Shown in pieces: positions 51,029-60,300 of a stretch of 64,000 nucleotides of DNA. Numbering within the stretch: position 1 is the stretch's first letter; each line of letters begins with the position of its first letter. The notes below the pieces were generated by a model. It was not told where the DNA came from. It did no database searches and saw nothing but the letters and a program-made list of their open reading frames with translations. The position numbers were made by a program, and so were the translations under genes. Origin of the DNA: Candidatus Omnitrophota bacterium (GTDB lineage: Bacteria; Omnitrophota; Omnitrophia; Omnitrophales; JACROU01); contig JAJDCD010000004.1 of NCBI GenBank assembly GCA_029261035.1, forward strand, positions 68,765-132,764. Reading direction: 5' to 3'.

Positions 51029-52755
51029 GCCGCTTCTGTCTCTAAAGTCATATCTGTCGTTTCAGGACGATAGCCCATATAAAGCAATGCTTGCTCAACC
51101 ACATTTTTAAAAACAGGCGCAGAAACAGTCCCTCCGTAATATTTGGGTCCAGGGTCATCCAAAACTACCATCATACTAATCATAGGGTCTTCAACAGGTG
51201 CAAATCCAATAAAGGAGGATATAAAATCAGAATGAGAATATCCCTTTCCATTCTCTAAAACTTTTTGTGCGGTTCCTGTCTTTCCTCCAACAGAAATACC
51301 TTCTATTTGCGCTCGTTTTCCAGTTCCTTCCTCCACAACACGTTTCAAAATATTCCGCATTTGAGCTGCAACTTCCGGACGAATAACTTCACCCTTCCAC
51401 TCCGGTTTATTCTTAAAAATCTCAACACCTTTTTCATCCACTATTTTGGAAAGCAAACGAGGAGAAACTAAAGTACCACCATTAGCGATAACATTTAGAG
51501 CGCTCAAACATTGAAGTGCTGTGGAGGTTACTTCATGACCCATCGGAATTGCTGTCATTGAAGTTTTAGACCATTTACTTGGGGGACGAATAATCCCATT
51601 AACCTCTCCAGGAAAATCCACTCCTGATTTTTCACCAAAACCATACTTCCTAATATATCGATATAAAGAATCAGGGCCTAATTCTTTCGCAATTTTATGA
51701 GTTCCAATGTTACTGGACTTGGTTAAAACCGTTGAGAGATCCAAGACCCCATAACCATGCACATCATGAAGAACATGTCCTCCCACTCGATAACTTCCCT
51801 GCTCACAATCAAATTCGTCCAAGATATTTACAGCACCTTCATTCAGCGCGGATGAAACGGTTACTATTTTAAATACAGACCCTGGCTCAAAAGTATCTGT
51901 AACAATTCTATTGCGCCGACTATCTAAAAGAGAATCTTTGAAATTATTAGGATCATAATTAGGCCATGAAGCCATTGCTAATATAGATCCATCCTTAGGA
52001 TTCATCGCTATGGCCATTCCACCTTTTGCATTCCATTTTTCACAAGCAGCTTCCAATTCCCTTTGTGCTAAATACTGAATATACTGATCAATCGTCAATA
52101 CCAAGTTATATCCATTTACAGCTGGAATGAGCTTTTGCTCCATCGAAACGATTTCACGCCCCATGGCATCTCTCTTTGTATACTTCGCCCCTTTTTTACC
52201 TTTTAAATAAGAATCAAAATGCAGCTCCAACCCTTCCAAACCATTATTATCAATACCACAAAACCCTATAACATTTCCCAGAAGGCTCTCATTAGGATAA
52301 ACGCGCTGATACTCATCTACAATTCCCAAATTAGGATTCTTTAAAGCTTTAAAAACATCCGACTCTTCTTTAGATCCTCGTCGCTTTAACCATACAAACA
52401 TTTTATCTTTAGCTAATCTTTTTCTGATAAAGGATGCCTCTACAGAAAGCATCTGGGATAAAATTGGGATCAATTTTTCTTTTTCTTCTGGAAGCATCAA
52501 ACGGGGAGCCGCATAAAAAGATGGCACCTGTATCGAAGAGGCCAACTCTTTTAAATTCTTGTCATAAATCAACCCTCTTTTGGGTTCAATTTCTATGACC
52601 AAATTATGTTGCCGTTTAGCAATATCCGTAAGTTCATCTTTTCGGAAATAAGCGAGTACAATTAATTGGAAAATAATAAGAGAGAAAAGAATAAATAAAA
52701 TTGCAGCAACGAAACGGTGTCTAGATAAAGATAAGTCGGTATCAGTAAATGCCAT
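51025..52755 (-). CDS. ftsI: Penicillin-binding protein 3-like transpeptidase (FtsI)
   Basis: 576 aa. N-terminal TM, PBP dimer domain, SVFK / SSN / KTGTA motifs. Follows ftsL in the dcw context. Confidence 0.85.
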   Translation of the reverse strand: MAFTDTDLSLSRHRFVAAILFILFSLIIFQLIVLAYFRKDELTDIAKRQHNLVIEIEPKRGLIYDKNLKELASSIQVPSFYAAPRLMLPEEKEKLIPILSQMLSVEASFIRKRLAKDKMFVWLKRRGSKEESDVFKALKNPNLGIVDEYQRVYPNESLLGNVIGFCGIDNNGLEGLELHFDSYLKGKKGAKYTKRDAMGREIVSMEQKLIPAVNGYNLVLTIDQYIQYLAQRELEAACEKWNAKGGMAIAMNPKDGSILAMASWPNYDPNNFKDSLLDSRRNRIVTDTFEPGSVFKIVTVSSALNEGAVNILDEFDCEQGSYRVGGHVLHDVHGYGVLDLSTVLTKSSNIGTHKIAKELGPDSLYRYIRKYGFGEKSGVDFPGEVNGIIRPPSKWSKTSMTAIPMGHEVTSTALQCLSALNVIANGGTLVSPRLLSKIVDEKGVEIFKNKPEWKGEVIRPEVAAQMRNILKRVVEEGTGKRAQIEGISVGGKTGTAQKVLENGKGYSHSDFISSFIGFAPVEDPMISMMVVLDDPGPKYYGGTVSAPVFKNVVEQALLYMGYRPETTDMTLETEAA

Positions 52756-52776
52756 GAATAGTGACCATCATCCTTA

Positions 52777-53136
52777 TTATTTAGTGGTTTTGGCTTGAGC
52801 TTCTTTAATCCAGTTCAGCCACCCTCCGTAAGATTCTATTGAAGAAGGAGAAACTATATTACCGGAAGATAAGAGTGGAGCATCTATTTTAACAATCCGT
52901 ATTTCTCTAGGTAATTGAAAATCAACATTAGCCGACTTCATCATTTCCTCTAGACGTCCTGGAGATTTCAAAAAAGCCACTTTGAATTTTAACTGTTTTT
53001 GCTCTTCTGAAAATTGTGAATATAGTTTTTCTTTTTTATCTATTTCATAAGATAATTTAACTAAATTCACTTTTTGAAATACATACCCCAAAAGCAAACT
53101 AGTAATGAATAGGATCGCAAAAAAAGCTCTTATCAT
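52777..53136 (-). CDS. ftsL: Cell division protein FtsL-like
   Basis: 119 aa bitopic protein (N-terminal TM plus coiled coil) between rsmH and ftsI. Confidence 0.6.
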   Translation of the reverse strand: MIRAFFAILFITSLLLGYVFQKVNLVKLSYEIDKKEKLYSQFSEEQKQLKFKVAFLKSPGRLEEMMKSANVDFQLPREIRIVKIDAPLLSSGNIVSPSSIESYGGWLNWIKEAQAKTTK

Positions 53137-53178
53137 TCACTCTCCATAGTGTCTATGTTAATTAAAATCCAATTTATT

Positions 53179-54063
53179 TTATTCTGAAAGAACTGGTTTT
53201 TCAGCTACTCTTAATTTAGCGCTTCGAGACTTAGAATTACTTAAAACCTCTTCTCGAGAAGGCTTAATCACTTTTTTGTTTATAATCTTAATCTCACCCA
53301 CACGATGCTTTTCTTTAAACATTCTCTTAACAATCCGATCTTCTAAAGAATGAAATGTCAGCACAGCGATTCGTCCATGAGGCTTCAAGAGTTGAATCGC
53401 TTTTGGGAGCGCTTCCTCAACAGCACCCAATTCATCATTAACTACTATTCTTAATGCTTGAAATACTTTCGTCGCGGGATGAATACGTCCCCGTCTTCCA
53501 AATTTTTTTTCAATGAGTTGACTCAATTCAAGGCAAGTACTAATTCGTTTTTTATGTCTCTCTTCCACGATAACCTTAGCAATACGTCTCGATCCACGCT
53601 CTTCACCATATTGCCAGAAAATATTAGCAAGGTCTTCCTCCGGTGTATCATTTATAAGATCGGCTGCTGTGAGAGGAGACTTAAGATCCATCCTCATATC
53701 CAAAGGACTATCCCACTGAAAACTAAACCCTCTAGTTTCACTTAAAATCTGATCTGAAGAGATTCCTAAATCAAAAAGAATGGCATCTATACTATCTATT
53801 TTAAGCTCTTTTAGCACATGATCTATCTGTCTAAAATTTGCTTCTATTAAATCGTAGTGTCCATCGAACTCTTTTAGGTTGAGCTTGGTTCTATCTATGG
53901 CTTCTCTATCTTGATCGATCCCAATCAAACGACCTTGAGGTGTAATCTTGCGAAGAATTTCTTTTGCATGCCCCCCACCTCCTAATGTCGCATCACAAAC
54001 AACATTTCCAGGCTTAAGACAAAGATGTTCTAGTATTTCTTCTGTTAAGATAGGTACATGCAA
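53179..54063 (-). CDS. rsmH: 16S rRNA (cytosine1402-N4)-methyltransferase
   Basis: 294 aa. MraW motifs (DATLGGGGH, FDLGISS). Confidence 0.9.
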   Translation of the reverse strand: MHVPILTEEILEHLCLKPGNVVCDATLGGGGHAKEILRKITPQGRLIGIDQDREAIDRTKLNLKEFDGHYDLIEANFRQIDHVLKELKIDSIDAILFDLGISSDQILSETRGFSFQWDSPLDMRMDLKSPLTAADLINDTPEEDLANIFWQYGEERGSRRIAKVIVEERHKKRISTCLELSQLIEKKFGRRGRIHPATKVFQALRIVVNDELGAVEEALPKAIQLLKPHGRIAVLTFHSLEDRIVKRMFKEKHRVGEIKIINKKVIKPSREEVLSNSKSRSAKLRVAEKPVLSE

Positions 54064-54082
54064 TAAAAGCCTCTTTTAATTT

Positions 54083-54427
54083 TTAGAAGCGTTTGAAGCT
54101 CTTAAGAGCGTCTTCACGGGATGTGAAGGTTTCGAAAAGTGATGCCACGCCCATACGATCCATAACACGAGAAACTTCAGGTCTTAATTGACAAAGCTTA
54201 ATATCCCCTTTTTTCTCTCTCATACGGATAAGCTTTTCAACAAGAATTCCGATACCAGCAACATCCATTTTCTTGGCTGATTTCAAATCAACAATAATCT
54301 TAAAATGTTTTTTATTCATTAAACGATTTACTTTGTTTTTTAGATTCACTACTTTGGCGGCTTGAAGATTGTCACACTCAAGAATATCTACATTCCTTAC
54401 TTTCCCTAGCCTTTTTGAAAATTGCAC
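54083..54427 (-). CDS. STAS-domain anti-sigma factor antagonist (SpoIIAA-like)
   Basis: 114 aa. STAS fold pattern with candidate phosphorylatable region (DLKSAKKMDVAGIGILV). Confidence 0.7.
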   Translation of the reverse strand: MQFSKRLGKVRNVDILECDNLQAAKVVNLKNKVNRLMNKKHFKIIVDLKSAKKMDVAGIGILVEKLIRMREKKGDIKLCQLRPEVSRVMDRMGVASLFETFTSREDALKSFKRF

Positions 54428-54451
54428 CCTTCACCTCCCCTATTTTTTATA

Positions 54452-54892
54452 TTATTCTTTATCGATAAGTTTTTCAGCCAATGTTTCAAATGATTCTATA
54501 GAATCATCAAAAAAACTTTTCCACTTCTCTTTAGACCAAATTTCAACACGGTCAGAAACTCCAACAACCATAACTTCGTCTTTAATAAAAGCGTAATCAA
54601 ACAAGTACTGTGGAATTAAAATACGGCCTTGCGCATCACATACAACTTCGCTAGCACCGGAAAAGTAAAGTCTGTTAAACTTTCGAGCTTCACCTTTCGT
54701 AAAGGAAAGATCTTTGAATTTTTTTTCTTGGAGCTTCCACTCTTCTTCGGTAAACAAAAATAAACACTTATCCAACCCACGAGTAATATACAGTTTGTCT
54801 GTATAGCGATCTTTGTAGATCTCTCGGAATTTAGAAGGAATGATCAACCTCCCCTTCTTATCAATATTGTGCTCAAATTCACCATAAAACAT
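54452..54892 (-). CDS. mraZ: Transcriptional regulator MraZ
   Basis: MFYGEFEHNIDKKGRLIIPSKFRE... and a second DxxGR repeat (DAQGRILIPQYL). Start at the internal Met; the ORF to 55012 is an upstream extension. Confidence 0.8.
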   Translation of the reverse strand: MFYGEFEHNIDKKGRLIIPSKFREIYKDRYTDKLYITRGLDKCLFLFTEEEWKLQEKKFKDLSFTKGEARKFNRLYFSGASEVVCDAQGRILIPQYLFDYAFIKDEVMVVGVSDRVEIWSKEKWKSFFDDSIESFETLAEKLIDKE

Positions 54893-54897
54893 ATTTA

Positions 54898-54921
54898 CCA
54901 CTTTCCTCCACTTTTCACCAC
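54898..54921 (-). promoter_or_regulatory. Candidate MraZ operator: three GTGG direct repeats at 10-bp periodicity in the mraZ leader
   Basis: Minus strand AAAGTGGtgaAAAGTGGaggAAAGTGGtaaatATG (plus-strand CCAC at 54898, 54908, 54918). In E. coli, MraZ binds a series of TGGGN direct repeats upstream of mraZ. Confidence 0.45.
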
Positions 54922-54937
54922 TTTGTTGACTTGATGT

Positions 54938-54966
54938 AGTATATTTACTTAAGGGTATGACGTCAA
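54938..54966 (-). promoter_or_regulatory. Candidate sigma70-type promoter of the mraZ operon
   Basis: Minus strand TTGACG (54961-54966), 17-nt spacer, TATACT (54938-54943), just upstream of the GTGG repeats. Confidence 0.4.
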
Positions 54967-55190
54967 CCAGTTTTTTATATGGGATTGAACTTTTATTGCG
55001 CCAATTTGGCACATTCTAATTTGATAGAAGATGGCCGTAATTTAGGACAAAAAAAAGGGTGGAGATCACACACACCCTACTGCTTACCAGCAGCTGGTTG
55101 TAATCACCACCCTAATTTCTAAATTTAATTAAGTGAAATATCGGCTAAAACAGGAACCTTAAGATCTACAAAACTATAGGAGAGATCGAA

Positions 55191-55901
55191 TTAATTCTCG
55201 AATAAAATACGGGTGCAGTTTTCACAGCAAACAACATCCCTTTGGAGTTTAACTTCATTAATTATTTGAGGTCTTAATTGCACATGACAGGCTCCACAAA
55301 TGTCTCCTGTAATACTTGCCATAGCAACACCTTCTCTTTTCTTTAAAATCTTGTCGTACAATTCTTTCACTTCTTTTTCAATAGGCTCTAAATTTTTTAA
55401 GCGTTCTTTCTGAAGAGATTCTATCTTAACCTTTGCCTCAGAAGCTTCTTTTTCCAACCCTTGCTTTTGTTGCTTTAATTTTGCTTCTTCTTCATCTAAC
55501 TTTTTCTTTTCAATATTTTTCTCTTGGTTGAGTTCTTCAACTTTATCCCACTCACCTAACAGGGCTTCTTCAACCATAGCTTTATCTGCTTTAATCGAAG
55601 ATATTTGCTCTAGCATTGCAGCGTATTCTTTGTTGGTCTTAAGTTGAACCAGTTGCCCATCCAACTTAGTCATTTCATCATCCTTCTTACCTAAATCTAA
55701 TTCTTCTTCTTTTATCTTTAACTTTAATTGGATCACCTTCTCATCCAACTCATTAAACGTCTGCTTCTTTAACTCAAATTCATTATCTAACTCTTCCAAC
55801 CTCTCAGGTAAACCCTCCAAAAAAACTTCTAAATCATAAATTTCTTTATCCAAAACCTGAACCGATTTAAGTATGTCTATATCTTTATTTACCTCTGTCA
55901 T
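55191..55901 (-). CDS. Zinc-ribbon coiled-coil protein (COG1579/DUF164 family)
   Basis: 236 aa. Long coiled coil and C-terminal C4 zinc ribbon (CGACHVQL...CCENCTRILF). Confidence 0.7.
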   Translation of the reverse strand: MTEVNKDIDILKSVQVLDKEIYDLEVFLEGLPERLEELDNEFELKKQTFNELDEKVIQLKLKIKEEELDLGKKDDEMTKLDGQLVQLKTNKEYAAMLEQISSIKADKAMVEEALLGEWDKVEELNQEKNIEKKKLDEEEAKLKQQKQGLEKEASEAKVKIESLQKERLKNLEPIEKEVKELYDKILKKREGVAMASITGDICGACHVQLRPQIINEVKLQRDVVCCENCTRILFEN

Positions 55902-56039
55902 TCTCAGTATCCTCTTTTATCACTAGAATTAAATATAGGGCACAAAAGCACAATAAGCCTATACAAGGTGACTACCCTTGAATCACCAAATAGCCTCATA
56001 TTATAGTGGCATACTTGAGTACGTCAACATCGAATACCG

Positions 56040-56705
56040 TTAAAGGTTCATCTGATGTAGATCAGATTCTAGCTCCATAAAACTGGCTAATTCTGACTCT
56101 GTGAGACGGCCCATTTTATAAAAAAATGAGGTCAGGGAGATATCGCTGGCTTTGATGCTACTCTCGTCAGCACTTACATTCTCATGCTGTTGAGATTCTC
56201 TTTCTACTGGCTGGTTTAAAGGGGCTACTTCTTCATATTCTTGCGTATTTTGATTGTGAATATCTTGCTCCAAAGCAGAGTCTAAATTTTTCTTTAAGCA
56301 TTCTTCCACTAAGACTCTATCTTCTTTCTGAGATAATGTAAGCTCAAAAATCTCAATCTTATCTTCAATCGATGAACATGTTTGAATAAGACCTGCAGAA
56401 ATGCGCTCACCCACAATAACCAATCGGGTTTCGTTGGACTGTTCCAATCCAATCACTAAATGTTGCCACTTTACTTTGAATTCTAAAAGAGGAAGTAATA
56501 CATCAAGTTCATAGGCAGGTTTCCACAAACACACAAAAATTAAACTTCCCTCTTTTTGTAAGATCCATGTAATTTCTTCTTTTGATAACCATGAAGGAAT
56601 ATCTTGAAATGTGTAATTTGGATAAATCTCTTCGATAACAGATTTGGCGATAGGTTTCAGTTGTTCAACATCCGTTCCTAAAGATTTTACAAATTGAATT
56701 TTCAT
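56040..56705 (-). CDS. Hypothetical protein
   Basis: 221 aa. No recognisable motifs. Acidic C-terminal tail. Last gene of the apparent ParA-containing operon. Confidence 0.4.
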   Translation of the reverse strand: MKIQFVKSLGTDVEQLKPIAKSVIEEIYPNYTFQDIPSWLSKEEITWILQKEGSLIFVCLWKPAYELDVLLPLLEFKVKWQHLVIGLEQSNETRLVIVGERISAGLIQTCSSIEDKIEIFELTLSQKEDRVLVEECLKKNLDSALEQDIHNQNTQEYEEVAPLNQPVERESQQHENVSADESSIKASDISLTSFFYKMGRLTESELASFMELESDLHQMNL

Positions 56706-56714
56706 AATGAATAC

Positions 56715-57587
56715 CTATACCTTAACAAATGTAGATTCTAATTTATTCAAAAATCGAATTTGGTCTAATGAACCTACTTTAATTTTTTGCTTTGCAACTT
56801 GAGACTTAAATAAAACATCCCAATTTAACTTTGAAATGGCATTAGAAGAAATTCCAATTTTTTCCATCTTTGTCGACACAGCTCCAATACACCGAAGCGA
56901 AACAACTAAGTATTGAGAAACAATCTCTGAAAATCTAGAAAACACCTTCTCAACATCATCATCTGTCATTACAGCATCAAAGATGATAAACACTTCCAAT
57001 TCTTGATTCACATACTGACAGGATTTAATAATTTTATAAGCACTTTCTAGCTCATAGGCTAAAGGCTGAACAACCAGAACTAATTTATCCAAAACCTTTA
57101 TAAGTTGTTCAATGCCCATATTTTCATTTCGAAAAGGGTCTAAAGCAATCAAAGAGCCTGGCATAGCCATAGAATGCATTTGCTTTTTTTGATTATCGAT
57201 TTCATGGCTGCCTTCCGGATAAGTTTCTTCCGAAATATCAAGCCAATAAAAATTATTGATTAACTTTTGTTTTTTTTCATTCCGATACACCCAGTCATAT
57301 TCTGAATTTTTAAATAAGCTTTCCACCATCTCAATGTCTCGAGATAAGGGTTGGCTAGTAACAAAATAGGTCTGCTCATAATATTGAGATAAAAAAGAAG
57401 AAAAAAGAAGATTGAAAATTAGAGTTTCTTCTTCTCGAAAAGGAGAAACGAAACTAACTAATTGCGACTTATTTAATGATTTAGTAGGCTCTTTTTTTTG
57501 AGACACTTCTCCGCTCGAAGAGGCTTTCGAAAGAAAAACATCAACAACTTGTTTTAGTTCATTTTTAGATTTCTGGGGTTCGCTCAT
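56715..57587 (-). CDS. Hypothetical protein, possibly a degenerate ParA/MinD-like fold lacking Walker A
   Basis: 290 aa. No P-loop, but a Walker-B-like hydrophobic-Asp segment (SLIALDPF...LDKLVLVVQP). 23-bp overlap with the upstream ParA gene suggests translational coupling. Confidence 0.35.
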   Translation of the reverse strand: MSEPQKSKNELKQVVDVFLSKASSSGEVSQKKEPTKSLNKSQLVSFVSPFREEETLIFNLLFSSFLSQYYEQTYFVTSQPLSRDIEMVESLFKNSEYDWVYRNEKKQKLINNFYWLDISEETYPEGSHEIDNQKKQMHSMAMPGSLIALDPFRNENMGIEQLIKVLDKLVLVVQPLAYELESAYKIIKSCQYVNQELEVFIIFDAVMTDDDVEKVFSRFSEIVSQYLVVSLRCIGAVSTKMEKIGISSNAISKLNWDVLFKSQVAKQKIKVGSLDQIRFLNKLESTFVKV

Positions 57588-58878
57588 TAATCGTCTCTTG
57601 TATCGATTTGTTAGTCGTGTCTATAACAGAATCAATTCCACCGTAGACATTAGATTCTGTTAAATTGTTGTTAGGATCAACCATCCATTCTCCGTCGACA
57701 ATAAATTTGTAACGATACTTTCCTGGTGTTAAGGGAATATACTTTCTCCACATACCCTTTTCCCCATCTGAGCACTCCATTGCTTCATTAACCCAATTAT
57801 TAAAATCACCTGCAATTTGCACCATCTTAGCATTCTTTTCTAAATACCCGAACTGAACTCCATTTTCTTCTAAAACAGGGTACATCTCACTTTCATTCTG
57901 GATATGACTCATTTGCTCCAGAAAAGACTCTTCCTCTGATTTTGCTGGATCTTCAGGACTACCCTCCTTAAAAAAAGCCTTCTCAAATTCTTCAGATAGT
58001 TTTTCTTTGCTCATTCCATTAGTACTATTTAACGGCTCTTCTTCCGATTCTAAGGTTGAATCTAAATGAGCATTAGAATCATTAACTTCATCCTTCTGTT
58101 CTTTTAAGAAAATTTCTGATTTTTTTTCAATCAGCTCGGAGGCCAGGCTTACATAATCATGAAAACCCTTACTCTTTCGATCAAAATCACAAATAGACAT
58201 CCCTGCAGTAATGGCCTCTTTCAATTTAATATTTTGATGAATCACTGTATTAAAAAGCTCCTGACCACACTCTGCTTGTAACTGAGCCAATATGCTTTTA
58301 TTAAAGTTAGAATTTGAATTAAACATAGTGAGCAAAACATGAACCTTAGCTGAATGCTTTAAGGTTTCTTCAATTAATTGCACTGTCTCTTTTATCTTTC
58401 TAAAGCCTTGAACCGAAAAATCAGAAGGCTCGACAGGAACAATCAATTCTTGAGAAGCTCGAAGGGCATTAAAGGTAAGTAAACCAAGATTCGGAGGGCA
58501 ATCAATAATGACATAATCGTATTGATCTCCTACAGACAAAACTTTTTCCATCAACTTTTCTTCTCTACCATAAACTCCAGATAACTGTTGTTCAATGGCA
58601 CTCAAAATAATCTGCGATGGAACTAAATGAAAGTTAGAATTAATGTAAAGAACAATTTCTTCTAAAGAGGTTGCCACCTGCGCAGGGCTTAAAACATCAT
58701 ATAAACTTTTTTGAATTTTATCCGTATCGTAACCCAAACCCATTGTGGAATGACCTTGTGGGTCCAAGTCAATCAGAAGTGTTCTTTTTCCTAAAAAGGA
58801 TAAACTAGAAGCAAGATTAATTGACGTTGTAGTCTTTCCACAGCCACCCTTTTGATTCGCAATCGAAATCACTCTCAT
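57565..58878 (-). CDS. ParA/Soj-type ATPase fused to a C-terminal CBM48 (AMPK-beta glycogen-binding-like) domain
   Basis: N-terminus has the deviant Walker A KGGCGKTTT, DLDPQG, and Walker B VIIDCPP. After an acidic linker, the C-terminal ~80 aa (IAGDFNNW...GKYRYKFIVDGEWMVDPNN) match the AMPK-beta GBD/CBM48 signature. Confidence 0.7.
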   Translation of the reverse strand: MRVISIANQKGGCGKTTTSINLASSLSFLGKRTLLIDLDPQGHSTMGLGYDTDKIQKSLYDVLSPAQVATSLEEIVLYINSNFHLVPSQIILSAIEQQLSGVYGREEKLMEKVLSVGDQYDYVIIDCPPNLGLLTFNALRASQELIVPVEPSDFSVQGFRKIKETVQLIEETLKHSAKVHVLLTMFNSNSNFNKSILAQLQAECGQELFNTVIHQNIKLKEAITAGMSICDFDRKSKGFHDYVSLASELIEKKSEIFLKEQKDEVNDSNAHLDSTLESEEEPLNSTNGMSKEKLSEEFEKAFFKEGSPEDPAKSEEESFLEQMSHIQNESEMYPVLEENGVQFGYLEKNAKMVQIAGDFNNWVNEAMECSDGEKGMWRKYIPLTPGKYRYKFIVDGEWMVDPNNNLTESNVYGGIDSVIDTTNKSIQETINERTPEI

Positions 58879-59008
58879 AGACGTCTCCTTGCCCTAACAT
58901 ACACACACTTTTAGAGCTCTGCTATTATAGCAAAGGTTCTTTGAAAGGCGCACTTATTTTAAGTAAAAAGACTCAAACCTTTTTAAGAACTTTTTTAATG
59001 CATCTATT

Positions 59009-60271
59009 CTAAGATTGTATTTTGTCTTGAGGTTTATTTTGACTCTTAATTTCTTTTTTGATTCTGGAATCGTAGTATGCAAACATATTTTTTTTAAACG
59101 CGTTCAAAAAAGCATCTACAACTTTAGGATGGAATTGCTTACCTTTGTTTGTTTCTAGTTCATTAATTGCAAAATCCAGCGGAAAACCTTTTTTATAACA
59201 TCGAGACGATATCATGGCATGAAAAGCATCTACAACAGAGATAATTGAAGACTCAATAGGAATTTCATCTCCTTTAATCCCCCTAGGATAACCCGATCCA
59301 TCATAGTTTTCATGATGACAACGAATAATATCCGACACTTCTTTAAAGTCTGTTAAGGGTTCTAAAATCTTAACTCCTTTATCCACATGTTCTTTCATAA
59401 TGCTCCATTCTTCCTCATTTAGACTCCCCTCTTTCTTCAAAACCGAGTCTGGTATTCCAATCTTACCCACATCATGTAATCTCAAAGAAGCGGACAGAAC
59501 AACTCGTTTTTTTCCAGATAAGTCTAATCCCAATTCCTCCGCTGTCATAATACCTAACTTTTCCACAGCTTCTAAATGCCCAAATGTGGAAGAATCTTTC
59601 ATTCGTACTTCCTGTGCTAAAGACAACATAATTTCATAATAGGTCTGTTGTTCTTTATCTCTCAAAACTTTGTTCTCTTTTAGTTTTTCTTCTAACTCTG
59701 CATTACGTTTAACCAACTCCGTTTGTGTTTCAGCATTTTTAATAGTCATAGCAGAATCATTGGCTAGAGTTTCAAAAAACTGAATTTCTTCCTCCAAAAA
59801 ATCTTCCCCTGTTTTTTTATTCCCCAAAATAAGAATCCCCAAAAGCTCTTCATGATAAAAACAAGGAATACACAACGATGCATTCAAAGAGATCATCAAC
59901 TCTTTAATTTTTTCAATTTCTTTTAAATCTTGTGGACTTAATTCAGAATGCTTAACGCGATTAAACGATTTTAATTTCTTCAAACAAAAATAACCTTCCA
60001 ATATCTGCAACTTATCTTTCTTTTCAAGAAACCATAGAATGAGAGGGTGATCTAAATCAATCCGCACCAAATGAATAGGAATTCTATCCTTACCCTTAGA
60101 ATCAATAAAAGAGTATCTCTGCTTCGAAGATTCATACACAAGCATGCTCGCTTGAGTCAAATTTGATTCGCGTGCTATAAAGCGAACCACCATCCTCAAA
60201 AGATTATTAGGGTTTTTAAATCGAACCATACTTCTTGCAGCATTTTTTAACGCTTCTGAATAATTAATCAT
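59009..60271 (-). CDS. GAF-domain HD-GYP phosphodiesterase (c-di-GMP)
   Basis: 420 aa. HD motif (LRLHDVGKIGIP) and HHENYDGSGYP (HD-GYP signature). N-terminal GAF-like region. Confidence 0.8.
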   Translation of the reverse strand: MINYSEALKNAARSMVRFKNPNNLLRMVVRFIARESNLTQASMLVYESSKQRYSFIDSKGKDRIPIHLVRIDLDHPLILWFLEKKDKLQILEGYFCLKKLKSFNRVKHSELSPQDLKEIEKIKELMISLNASLCIPCFYHEELLGILILGNKKTGEDFLEEEIQFFETLANDSAMTIKNAETQTELVKRNAELEEKLKENKVLRDKEQQTYYEIMLSLAQEVRMKDSSTFGHLEAVEKLGIMTAEELGLDLSGKKRVVLSASLRLHDVGKIGIPDSVLKKEGSLNEEEWSIMKEHVDKGVKILEPLTDFKEVSDIIRCHHENYDGSGYPRGIKGDEIPIESSIISVVDAFHAMISSRCYKKGFPLDFAINELETNKGKQFHPKVVDAFLNAFKKNMFAYYDSRIKKEIKSQNKPQDKIQS

Positions 60272-60300
60272 AACCTCTCAACACCTTTCCTTAAGTAAGC

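Noticed and set aside
55902-56039. Searched the 138-bp and other short gaps (55013-55190, 58879-59008, 62231-62442) for RNase P, SRP, tmRNA or riboswitch-like conserved cores.
   Set aside because: No recognisable conserved ncRNA motifs. Sequences look like ordinary AT-rich promoter/UTR DNA.
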